Assembly: GCA_964616525.1 (NCBI GenBank)
Contig: CAZTRY010000006.1
Location: 2,793 to 66,792, forward strand
Reading direction: 5' to 3'
DNA length: 64,000 nucleotides
DNA from: an uncultured Sphingobacterium sp.
GTDB lineage: Bacteria; Bacteroidota; Bacteroidia; Sphingobacteriales; Sphingobacteriaceae
This document shows, piece by piece, positions 9,856-18,543 of the stretch; the stretch's first letter is position 1; each line of letters starts with the position of its first letter. The position numbers were made by a program, and so were the translations under genes. The notes under the pieces are model-generated. The model saw nothing but the letters and a program-made list of their open reading frames with translations, did not search any database and was not told the DNA's origin.

Positions 9856-11625
9856 TTGAAACCAACAGATACCAAAAATCCGGAATACTTCCACAAAGTT
9901 GTGGACTGTCAATATGCCTGCCCCGCACATACCCCGGTACCTGAATATATCAGGTTGATCTCAGCAGGAAAATATACTGAGGCATATATGATCAATTGGG
10001 AATCGAATGTTTTCCCCGGGGTACTCGGGCGAACCTGCGATCGTCCCTGTGAACCTGCATGCCGACGTGGTAGAATTGAAGAAGAACCTGTTGCAATTTG
10101 CCGGCTAAAGCGGGTAGCTGCAGATAATAAGGACGATGTCAGGGCATTCATGCCCGGTATTCCTTCAGAAATGAATGGAAAACGCATTGCTTTGATCGGC
10201 GGCGGACCAGCATCACTTACTGTAGCCCGCGATCTTGCTCCTTTGGGATATGAGATCCATCTCTATGATGAACATGCTGCAGGTGGGGGGATGATGCGCA
10301 GCCAGATTCCTTCTTTCAGATTACCTGATGATGTATTGAACGAAGAAGTAGGTTATATTCTCGATATGGGAATCCATACTCATTTCAATACCTATGTATC
10401 CAGCATGAACGAAATTCTTGAAAAGGGATACGATGCGGTATTTGTAGGTACAGGTGCTCCGAGAGGCCGAGATTTGGTTCTTCCGGGTCGCGAAGAAGCC
10501 GGTAAAAACGTACATGTCGGAATAGAATGGCTTGCAAGTGTAGCTTTCGAGCATACCCATAAAATTGGTAAGAAAGTGATCGTGCTGGGTGGTGGAAATA
10601 CCGCTATGGATTGCTGTCGTACTTCCCGCCGTCTTGGAGGTGAAGAGGTGAAGGTTGTGGTTCGGAGTCCCTTTGCAGAGATGAAAGCCTCCCCATGGGA
10701 GATTGAGGATGCAATGCATGAAGACATTCCTATTCTTGAAAACCATGTACCTAAAACCTATGTGATCGAAAATGGCAAACTGGTCGGGATGACCTTTGAA
10801 AAAGTAAAAGCCGTTTATGATGAGCAGGGCAAACGCAGTCTTGTTCCATCGGGCGAGCCAGAAGTATTTATTGAAGCGGATGATGTACTTGTCGCCGTGG
10901 GCCAGCAGAATAGTTTCCCATGGATTGAAAAGGATACAGGTGTTGATTTTGATCAGTGGGGAATGCCGCTTGTTGATGCATTAACTCATCAGTCTACCAA
11001 TAAGCGCGTTTTCTTTGGTGGTGATGCGGCTTTCGGGCCTAAAAATGTGATTACAGCTGTTGCCCACGGGCATCAGGCAGCCATATCAATTGACTTGCAT
11101 TGCAGGGGAGAAGCACTTACCGCGCGCCCGGCACCATTTACCAATCTGGTGAGCAAAAAAATGGGTATCCATGAGTGGAGTTATGACAATGATGTGGTTA
11201 ATGACCAGCGTTTTATTGTTCCTCAGGCTGAAAAGAAAGCCGCTCTTTCTGATCGTAAACTGGAAGTTGAGCTCGGTTTTGATATTCAGACCGCAATCAA
11301 AGAAGCTCACCGCTGTCTGAATTGCGATGTGCAAACTGTATTTGAAAAAGATAAATGTATCGAATGCGATGCATGCGTTGATATTTGTCCGACTTCCTGC
11401 ATCACTTTTACCTTAAATGGGGAAGAAGATGATTTACGGACAAGACTCAAAGCCCCGGCTTTAAATATAACTCAGGACCTCTATGTATCCGATACACTCC
11501 CTACCCAAAGGGTGATGGTAAAAGATGAAGACGTTTGCCTGCACTGCGGCTTGTGTGCTGAGCGTTGCCCGACATCTGCATGGGATATGCAGCAATATTT
11601 ATATAAAGTTACCAAAGCAGGTTAA
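9856..11625 (+). CDS. FAD/NAD(P)-dependent oxidoreductase with Fe-S clusters (GltD-like plus C-terminal 2x[4Fe-4S])
   Basis: CQYACP and CDRPCEPAC clusters, GGGPAS and GGGNTAMD nucleotide motifs, CIECDACVDICP and CLHCGLCAERCP; TTG start. Confidence 0.88.
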   Translation: MKPTDTKNPEYFHKVVDCQYACPAHTPVPEYIRLISAGKYTEAYMINWESNVFPGVLGRTCDRPCEPACRRGRIEEEPVAICRLKRVAADNKDDVRAFMPGIPSEMNGKRIALIGGGPASLTVARDLAPLGYEIHLYDEHAAGGGMMRSQIPSFRLPDDVLNEEVGYILDMGIHTHFNTYVSSMNEILEKGYDAVFVGTGAPRGRDLVLPGREEAGKNVHVGIEWLASVAFEHTHKIGKKVIVLGGGNTAMDCCRTSRRLGGEEVKVVVRSPFAEMKASPWEIEDAMHEDIPILENHVPKTYVIENGKLVGMTFEKVKAVYDEQGKRSLVPSGEPEVFIEADDVLVAVGQQNSFPWIEKDTGVDFDQWGMPLVDALTHQSTNKRVFFGGDAAFGPKNVITAVAHGHQAAISIDLHCRGEALTARPAPFTNLVSKKMGIHEWSYDNDVVNDQRFIVPQAEKKAALSDRKLEVELGFDIQTAIKEAHRCLNCDVQTVFEKDKCIECDACVDICPTSCITFTLNGEEDDLRTRLKAPALNITQDLYVSDTLPTQRVMVKDEDVCLHCGLCAERCPTSAWDMQQYLYKVTKAG

Positions 11626-11628
11626 GAG

Positions 11629-13464
11629 ATGCCTAATTCAAAAGTTAATGATTTTGTCATTCGTTTTGCGAATGTCAATGGTACAGGGTCTGCAAGTGCA
11701 AATTATCTGTTTGCAAAAGCTATTTTCCGGATGGGAATCCCTGTAACTCCTAAAAATATATTTCCTTCAAATATACAGGGACTTCCAACCTGGTATGATG
11801 TCAGGGTGAGTGAAAAGGGTTATCTCGGTCGCCGGGAAGGGGTAGACCTGATGGTTTGTGTGAACCCTCAAAGTATGCCTGATGATGTGCTTTCAGTGAA
11901 AAGTGGTGGATATTTCATCTACGATTGTACCAAGGCACTGAATCCGGCATTGATCAGACCTGATGTGACCTATATCGGCCTTCCGCTGATGGAAATGTGC
12001 CTGCGTGAATTCACTGATCCGCGGCAGCGGCAATTGTTTAAGAATATTATTTATGTAGGGGCACTTTCTGCCTTGCTTGATATCGAATTTTCGGTTCTGG
12101 AACAATTACTTGCCGAGCAGTTTGTAGGTAAGGAGAAGCTGGTAGCGATGAATATCAAGGCCCTGAATCTGGGTATTTCCTACATTCACAGCAATTACGC
12201 CTATCCTCTGGATATTCGTCTGGAAAGACGTGACCTGATTGGCGATAAGATTCTGATCGATGGTAATTCGGCCTGCGGACTTGGTGCTGTTTATGGCGGT
12301 GCAACGGTTGTGGCCTGGTATCCGATCACGCCATCAACTTCTGTAGTGGAAGCATTCGAAACTTATGCAAAAAAATTAAGGGTCGATAAGGAAACAGGGA
12401 AACGCAATTATGCGATCGTGCAGGCAGAAGACGAACTTGCCGCAATCGGGATGGTTATCGGTGCAAATTGGAACGGTGCACGCTCATTCACTGCTACGAG
12501 TGGCCCGGGACTGTCTTTAATGAATGAATTCCTCGGATTGGCTTATTTCGCAGAAATTCCAACTTTGCTGATCGATGTTCAACGTACCGGCCCTTCGACA
12601 GGGATGCCAACAAGAACACAGCAATCGGATATTTTACTGGCGGCCTATGCTTCGCATGGCGATACCAAACAGGTTTTGGTATTCCCATCAACCCCGAAAG
12701 AATGTTTCGAAATGACTGCTGAAGCTCTTGATCTGGCAGAATCCTTGCAAACGCCAATCATCATGATGACCGACCTCGATCTGGGAATGAACGATCACAT
12801 GTCTGAACCTTTTCATTGGGATGATACCCGAAAATACAATCGCGGCAAAGTGCTTAATGCGAGCCAGTTAGAGGAGTTGCCACGTTTTGGACGTTATCTG
12901 GATGTTGATGGTGACGGAATTACTTACCGCACAATTCCTGGAACGCATCCAACCAAAGGTTCCTTCTTTACCCGTGGTACTTCCAGGGATGAATATGCAG
13001 CCTATACCGAAGATGGACGAGTTTATGCACGCAATATGGACCGCTTGCTGAAGAAATGGGATACTGCAAAAGATATGGTACCTGCTCCATACCTTTATCA
13101 AAAGGAGAATAAGAGTCCTTATGGTTTAATTTTCTTTGGCACTTCTACTTACTCAGCGGAAGAGGCAATGGACACCATGGCCGCAAGCGGAATTAATTTT
13201 GATGCGATGAGGCTGAGGGCATTCCCATTCAACCAAACGGTAGAAGACTTCATTCATACACACGAAAAGGTATTTGTTATTGAGCAAAACCGCGACGGGC
13301 AAATGCGCAGTCTGCTGATCAATGAGCTCAATGTGAACCCTCATAAAATGATCCCGGTGCTCAATTATGACGGGATGCCAATCACAGCACATGCAATCAT
13401 GACGCTGATCAATAAAAATTTATCACCTGCACTTAATGGTGCAACCAGTAAAATTCTGTCATGA
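11629..13464 (+). CDS. korA: 2-oxoacid:acceptor oxidoreductase alpha subunit (fused gamma-alpha)
   Basis: NVNGTGSAS, YPITPSTS, QAEDELAA, TATSGPGLSLM, QRTGPSTGMPT. Substrate not determinable from sequence. Confidence 0.85.
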   Translation: MPNSKVNDFVIRFANVNGTGSASANYLFAKAIFRMGIPVTPKNIFPSNIQGLPTWYDVRVSEKGYLGRREGVDLMVCVNPQSMPDDVLSVKSGGYFIYDCTKALNPALIRPDVTYIGLPLMEMCLREFTDPRQRQLFKNIIYVGALSALLDIEFSVLEQLLAEQFVGKEKLVAMNIKALNLGISYIHSNYAYPLDIRLERRDLIGDKILIDGNSACGLGAVYGGATVVAWYPITPSTSVVEAFETYAKKLRVDKETGKRNYAIVQAEDELAAIGMVIGANWNGARSFTATSGPGLSLMNEFLGLAYFAEIPTLLIDVQRTGPSTGMPTRTQQSDILLAAYASHGDTKQVLVFPSTPKECFEMTAEALDLAESLQTPIIMMTDLDLGMNDHMSEPFHWDDTRKYNRGKVLNASQLEELPRFGRYLDVDGDGITYRTIPGTHPTKGSFFTRGTSRDEYAAYTEDGRVYARNMDRLLKKWDTAKDMVPAPYLYQKENKSPYGLIFFGTSTYSAEEAMDTMAASGINFDAMRLRAFPFNQTVEDFIHTHEKVFVIEQNRDGQMRSLLINELNVNPHKMIPVLNYDGMPITAHAIMTLINKNLSPALNGATSKILS

Positions 13465-14513
13465 CATATATACGCCCTAAATTCCGCCATCCCGATCTGC
13501 CTAAAAATGATCTTGGATATACTACCAGGGAATATGAAGGTTCGCTTTCAACCTTATGTGCCGGCTGCGGACATGACTCGATCAGCGGAAGTATTCTTCA
13601 GGCTTGTTTTGAGTTATCGATTCCACCGCACCGGATCGCGAAATTATCAGGTATAGGCTGCTCATCAAAGACGCCAAACTATTTCCTTGGAAATTCGCAT
13701 GGATTTAACTCGGTACACGGAAGAATGCCTTCGGTAGCCACCGGCGCCAATATGGCAAACCGTGACCTGATTTACATGGGTGTTTCGGGAGATGGGGATA
13801 CAGCCTCAATTGGTATGGGCCAGTTTGTGCATGTGATCCGCCGTAATCTGAATATGGTTTATATTGTGATGAACAATGGCTGCTACGGATTGACTAAAGG
13901 TCAGGATTCTGCTACAGCCGATGCTGGTTCAAAGAGCAAAGCGGGTTCAGTGAATCCATTCCAGCCAATTGATCTGGCCGGACTAGCACTTGAGCTTGGA
14001 GCAAGTTTCGTCGCACAAAGTTTTTCGGGAGATAAGGAACAACTGGTACCACTAATTAAAGCGGCGGTAAGTCACCCGGGATTTGCATTCATCAACGTGA
14101 TTTCACCTTGTGTGACATTTAATAATAATCCCGGTTCTACAAAATCTTACGATTACGTCCGGGAGCATATCGAAGCTACAGGTAAAACCGACCTGGTTCC
14201 TGAGAAATCGGAGATATTGGCCAGCTATGAATCAGGCACCGGGACTGAGGTGATGCTGCATGACGGAACTTTTATCAAACTTGAAAAATTGGCTGCAAAC
14301 CGTGATCCTTTTAATAGGATGGAAGCAATGGATGCTCTTCGGGATGCGCGTAACCGTAATGAAATTTTAACAGGCTTACTTTATATTGATACTGATACAG
14401 AGGATCTTCACCATACTATCAACTCAACAGAACGGCCTTTAAACAGCCTTGAGGAACAAGATCTCTGCCCTGGCTCTGCAGTTTTGGCTGAGATTAATGA
14501 TGATTTGAGATAG
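13461..14513 (+). CDS. korB: 2-oxoacid:ferredoxin oxidoreductase beta subunit (TPP-binding)
   Basis: LCAGCGH, SGIGCS, HGR, SGDGD...NNGCYGLTKGQ TPP motif, SPCVTFN; ATGA overlap with the alpha gene. Confidence 0.88.
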   Translation: MTYIRPKFRHPDLPKNDLGYTTREYEGSLSTLCAGCGHDSISGSILQACFELSIPPHRIAKLSGIGCSSKTPNYFLGNSHGFNSVHGRMPSVATGANMANRDLIYMGVSGDGDTASIGMGQFVHVIRRNLNMVYIVMNNGCYGLTKGQDSATADAGSKSKAGSVNPFQPIDLAGLALELGASFVAQSFSGDKEQLVPLIKAAVSHPGFAFINVISPCVTFNNNPGSTKSYDYVREHIEATGKTDLVPEKSEILASYESGTGTEVMLHDGTFIKLEKLAANRDPFNRMEAMDALRDARNRNEILTGLLYIDTDTEDLHHTINSTERPLNSLEEQDLCPGSAVLAEINDDLR

Positions 14514-14586
14514 TAATATTTATTATCAGCATAAAGGAAAAACTCATGGACAATGCTTCATTTTTTATAGATTTGAAGCATAAACC

Positions 14587-14661
14587 GGGAAATTAGCTCA
14601 GCTGGTTTAGAGCACTACCTCGACAAGGTAGGGGTCGCTGGTTCGAACCCAGTATTTCCCA
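14587..14661 (+). tRNA. tRNA-Val(GAC), CCA not encoded
   Basis: Acceptor gggaaat/atttccc, D stem gctc/gagc, anticodon stem ctacc/ggtag with loop tcGACaa, T arm gctgg-ttcgaac-ccagt, discriminator A. Confidence 0.93.
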
Positions 14662-14767
14662 CTGATAAGGCTATGGATAACCACAGCTAATATAATGGAG
14701 ATAGGTGTTTAACCCTGTTTGTTAGGATCACCATACCACCTATCTGGAAACAGTATTAAATATCATC

Positions 14768-14814
14768 ATACCCTCTTTGCTTATTTTGGACCCAAAAGAA
14801 GGGTATTTATTTCT
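14768..14814 (+). terminator. Possible intrinsic terminator downstream of the tRNA
   Basis: ataccctcttt...aaagaagggtat stem followed by ttatttct. Confidence 0.45.
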
Positions 14815-14873
14815 CCTTTCAGTAATTTCATATATTTACTTTCATAGGTTAAACAAAAGCAGAATTTAATTTT

Positions 14874-15092
14874 ATGTCATTTCAAGCATACATAGACAAT
14901 ATTAAAGTCAAAACAGGTAAAGGTTCTGAGGACTTTAAAAAACTGGCAGAGAAAAATGGATTTATGATTGATGGAAAACTCAACCCTAATACCAAAGCCA
15001 CAGAAATCACCAATTGGTTAAAGAATGAATTTGAGCTTGGACATGGACATGCAATGGCAATTTACGCAACGTTTAAAGGTAAAACTGAATAA
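14874..15092 (+). CDS. DUF4287 family small protein
   Basis: MSFQAYIDNIKVKTGK...WLKNEFELGHGHAMAI signature. Confidence 0.85.
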   Translation: MSFQAYIDNIKVKTGKGSEDFKKLAEKNGFMIDGKLNPNTKATEITNWLKNEFELGHGHAMAIYATFKGKTE

Positions 15093-15270
15093 TTACTTTG
15101 AATACAAAAGGCTCAAACCACCTTGTTTGGTTAAGGTATTGCATAATTTAGAGCTCTTTACTAGGGTATAGATTGGGCATAGTGATCAAACTCTAATCCT
15201 TCCAAATGCTGGAGCATTCGCATTTAATGTTTATTTGAAATATAGAAAAATCAACAAAAACAATATAATT

Positions 15271-15726
15271 ATGGCAGGAGAACCCCAAGATACCATCTGG
15301 CCTTTACCCAAATTTTACTTTAAGGTATTTTTAGGCTCACAAAAAAGTGCTGTTTCATTTCAGGAAGTATCCGGATTGGATACAGAAACACAAATAATAG
15401 AATATCGTCATGGGGACAGCAAGGCATTTTCGACAATTAAAATGCCGGGAATTGCCAAATACGGTGATGTAACCTTGAAGAAGGGAGTCTTTACAAAAGA
15501 TAACAATTTCTTCAAATGGTACAGCGCCATTAAAATGAATACAATCAAAAGAGAAACAGTTACTATTCAGCTATTAGACGAAAATGGTAGTCCAACCATG
15601 ACCTGGACTTTAGTTAACGCATGGCCAATAAAGGTTACGGGAACTGACTTGAAATCTGATGGGAATGAAGTCGCTGTAGAGACTATGATATTGGCTTACG
15701 AAAGATTAACAATTACCAATAACTAG
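15271..15726 (+). CDS. Phage tail tube protein, T4 gp19-like / eCIS major tube (Afp1-like)
   Basis: WPLPKFYF, FQEVSGL, IEYRHG, KMPG, VTLKKG, LLDE...W...NAWP.K...DLKSDGNEVAVE. ATG at 15271 preferred over TTG at 15235. Confidence 0.9.
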   Translation: MAGEPQDTIWPLPKFYFKVFLGSQKSAVSFQEVSGLDTETQIIEYRHGDSKAFSTIKMPGIAKYGDVTLKKGVFTKDNNFFKWYSAIKMNTIKRETVTIQLLDENGSPTMTWTLVNAWPIKVTGTDLKSDGNEVAVETMILAYERLTITNN

Positions 15727-15732
15727 TATTGT

Positions 15733-16179
15733 ATGAATCTTTATTATCCACCTGTTTCTTTCTATTTTTCCTTGTCCCTTACAGGACAAACAGGGCATAC
15801 AGAAGCTTCTTTTAAAGAAGTTTCCGGGCTAAACATAGAAATGGAAACAGAGGAAATTGTAAGTTCTGGGCTCAATAGCTTTCAGTACCCTGTACCCAAA
15901 CCTCCAAAATACTCCAATTTGGTCTTAAAAAGAGGTTTGCTTGCTAAAGATTCCCCTCTTGTCCAATGGTGTAACACTATTTTAATAGTAGGTAATGCTA
16001 TTGAGACTAAAAATATTGTGGTAAGCTTGTTGAATGAGAATGGTCAGCCAATTAAAGCATGGAGTTTCGCAGATGCCTGGCCTGTAAAATGGGAGGTTTC
16101 TGATTTTAATTTAAAGGGGAATGAATTGGCAATTGAAACCCTTGAATTTTCGTATACCTATCTTCAATCAATCCTATAG
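15733..16179 (+). CDS. Second phage tail tube protein, gp19-like / eCIS minor tube (Afp5-like)
   Basis: YYPPVSFYF, FKEVSGL, YSNLVLKRGL, LLNENGQP...W.F..AWPVKW.VS, NELAIETLEFSY. Confidence 0.88.
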   Translation: MNLYYPPVSFYFSLSLTGQTGHTEASFKEVSGLNIEMETEEIVSSGLNSFQYPVPKPPKYSNLVLKRGLLAKDSPLVQWCNTILIVGNAIETKNIVVSLLNENGQPIKAWSFADAWPVKWEVSDFNLKGNELAIETLEFSYTYLQSIL

Positions 16180-16289
16180 AGTCATAGAATTTAATAAAGG
16201 ATTGTTGATTAGAAAAGAAGTTGAGCAAATAATTAATCTTTCTGAGTAAAACATTAGCTTAAGCCAAAAAATACCGTAAAGCAATTTGT

Positions 16290-16637
16290 ATGACTAAAAC
16301 AGAAATAGCCAAAGCATTTTCTATTGGAAAGTTTGATGAGGTCATTCATTACATCGCTGATGACGCCATTTGGGAAGTAGTAGAAGAAGATAAGTTTGTC
16401 GGTAAAAATGCAATTATTGAAAATTGTAATTTGGTCGGTCATTACTATAGGTCTGTTACTACCAGCTTTAAAATGCTTAACGTGATTTCGGAGGATGATA
16501 TGGTTGCTGTAAATGGGACAGCAGAGTTAAACAGAGATGGCAAACAGGCGTCTTTTGTATCGGCTTGTGATATCTATTCGTTCAACGATTTTGATCAGAT
16601 CCAAAAGATCACTTCCAACTGCATAAAGACAAAATAA
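16290..16637 (+). CDS. SnoaL-like / NTF2-fold protein
   Basis: 115 aa; IADDAIWEVV...GKNAI, VAVNG and ACDIYSF match the NTF2-like pattern. Confidence 0.7.
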   Translation: MTKTEIAKAFSIGKFDEVIHYIADDAIWEVVEEDKFVGKNAIIENCNLVGHYYRSVTTSFKMLNVISEDDMVAVNGTAELNRDGKQASFVSACDIYSFNDFDQIQKITSNCIKTK

Positions 16638-16714
16638 ATCAATCCTTTTTTTTTGATTCAACAAAAAGCCGGAGAAGATTAAATTCTGTATTTTGTATTT
16701 AAATTTCAAAGCGT

Positions 16715-16924
16715 ATGAACAAAGAATATTCAAATGGTGAAATCATCATCAAATGGCAGCCAAAACTTTGCCAGCACTCCGGTATTTGTGTCAAAACTTT
16801 GCCTGCAGTCTACAGACCGAAAGAATCTCCATGGATAATAATCGAAAATGCCACAACCGAAGAATTGAAAGCTCAGGTAAGCAGGTGTCCTTCCGGAGCA
16901 TTGATTTATTCTTTGGTGAAATAA
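16715..16924 (+). CDS. Divergent 4Fe-4S mono-cluster protein (YjdI-like)
   Basis: WQPKLCQHSGICV...PWI...CPSGAL. Confidence 0.85.
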   Translation: MNKEYSNGEIIIKWQPKLCQHSGICVKTLPAVYRPKESPWIIIENATTEELKAQVSRCPSGALIYSLVK

Positions 16925-16983
16925 AGAATATTTGAGCTAGAAAACAGTAAGTATAGAATGTTAACCATCATACAATTATTGCT

Positions 16984-17376
16984 ATGTCCGCACAAGCTAA
17001 AAACCCATTTACCTGGGTTGAAATTTATGTAGATGATATGAGCCGGGCTCAGAAATTTTACGAAGCCCTATTACAAATCAAATTAAATGAATTACCAATG
17101 CCCGACAGTTTGGGTGAAATGCAAATGCTTAGCTTTCCATGGGCAGAGAATGAAAGGAATATAAGCGGTGCCTTAGTTAAAATGGAAAATATGCCTCCGG
17201 GTGCAGGGGGGACGATGGTTTATTTTGCCTCTGATGATTGTTCAATTGAAGAAGGAAGGGCAGAAGCAGCAGGAGGAAAAGTTTTGCAGCCAAAAATGTC
17301 ACTTGGTGAGCATGGTTTTTGCTCGGTTTTGATGGATACAGAAGGCAATACAATTGGATTGCATTCGATGCACTAA
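16984..17376 (+). CDS. VOC/glyoxalase family protein
   Basis: WVEIYVDDMSRAQKFYE, VYF, GGKV...K, DTEGNTIGLHS. Confidence 0.88.
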   Translation: MSAQAKNPFTWVEIYVDDMSRAQKFYEALLQIKLNELPMPDSLGEMQMLSFPWAENERNISGALVKMENMPPGAGGTMVYFASDDCSIEEGRAEAAGGKVLQPKMSLGEHGFCSVLMDTEGNTIGLHSMH

Positions 17377-17414
17377 AATCTTCAGATGGAGTCTAAATCA
17401 AACTCCCAAATGGT

Positions 17415-17807
17415 ATGAACCCGGTAATAAAAACCTTCAACGAGAAGTTAAGTCCACAAGACTTTGAATTATGCGACTTGCTTGCAACGGTAATCAACAC
17501 AGCCCTTACTGATGCTGAAAGTAAAATCTGGCATGCACATCCGGTATGGTTTTTAGACGGGAATCCCGTGGTCGGTTACAGCAAACAGAAACCGGGGATC
17601 CGTTTAATGTTTTGGAGCGGTGCTGATTTCGGGGAGGAAGGACTAAACATCAGAGGTAAAAAATTTAAGGATGCTTCTGTATTCTATAATCAGGTTTCTG
17701 ACATTCAAATCGATGATTTGAAACGATGGCTGCAAAAATCAAGAGGAATTCAGTGGGATTATAAAAATATTGTCAAACGAAGAGGACATTTGGAACGATT
17801 AATTTAA
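17415..17807 (+). CDS. DUF1801 family protein
   Basis: ESKIWHAHPVWFLDGNPVVGY...LMFWSG signature. Confidence 0.8.
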   Translation: MNPVIKTFNEKLSPQDFELCDLLATVINTALTDAESKIWHAHPVWFLDGNPVVGYSKQKPGIRLMFWSGADFGEEGLNIRGKKFKDASVFYNQVSDIQIDDLKRWLQKSRGIQWDYKNIVKRRGHLERLI

Positions 17808-17818
17808 ATTCGGTTATA

Positions 17819-18235
17819 ATGAAACAGGATAAAATCATAATTCAGGCAATAGTTTCTGCAGATATTAAAAAAGTTTGGGATTATTATACCAGGCCAGAGC
17901 ATATCACAAAATGGAACTTTGCCAGCGACGACTGGCAATGCCCTCATGCTTCAAATGATATGCGTGTAGGCGGAAAATACCTCGCAAGAATGGAAGCTAA
18001 AGATGGAAGCTTTGGCTTTGACTTCGAAGTTGTATATGATCAAATAGTTGTTGCTGAAAGATTTAGCTACACTATGCCCGATGGAAGGGAAGTAGAGGTA
18101 ACTTTTAATGATGCTGGAGGCAAAACAGAAGTCTCTGTAAGCTTTGACGCTGAAACAGAAAATCCTGTTGAAATGCAAAGGGCTGGCTGGCTGGCAATAC
18201 TAAATAATTTCAAGAAGTATACTGAGAGGAATTGA
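17819..18235 (+). CDS. SRPBCC/AHSA1-like ligand-binding protein
   Basis: VWDYYTRPEHITKWNFASDDW, DMRVGG, MEAKDGSFGFDF, QRAGWLAILNNFKKY. Confidence 0.88.
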   Translation: MKQDKIIIQAIVSADIKKVWDYYTRPEHITKWNFASDDWQCPHASNDMRVGGKYLARMEAKDGSFGFDFEVVYDQIVVAERFSYTMPDGREVEVTFNDAGGKTEVSVSFDAETENPVEMQRAGWLAILNNFKKYTERN

Positions 18236-18322
18236 TATTTGTTTGGTCGTTTCTCATGTCTTTGGCAAGCCATAATTTATCAGAATAATGAAGTTGTATG
18301 TCATGGTGAGTATTTTAGATAG

Positions 18323-18413
18323 TCTTGCAAAGACGCAGAGACGCGAAGGGTATGGTATAAATTAATCATCCTGTAAAAACTGTATTTTTTTGTGTCTTAG
18401 CGTCTTTGCGAGA
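18323..18413. repeat. Imperfect 25-bp inverted repeat built from 8-mers (REP-like)
   Basis: tcttgcaaagacgcagagacgcgaa (18323-18347) pairs with tttgtgtcttagcgtctttgcgaga (18389-18413). Confidence 0.7.
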
Positions 18414-18543
18414 GCTGATACAAGCCTTTATTCGACCTGTTTCAAACATCCGTTTACCTACACGATCAATCCAAACACAATTTTTTATCAATTCTTATTG
18501 ATAGAGTGTTTTGTGTTGTTATATTTAGACTCAGTATCCGGTC

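Noticed and set aside
15235-15270. TTG-start extension of tube gene 1
   Set aside because: The extension is an A-rich tract typical of a Bacteroidota translation leader; family similarity begins at ATG 15271.
14662-18235. Prophage integrated at tRNA-Val
   Set aside because: No integrase, capsid, terminase or portal gene and no attR copy found; only two tube genes of the CIS type.
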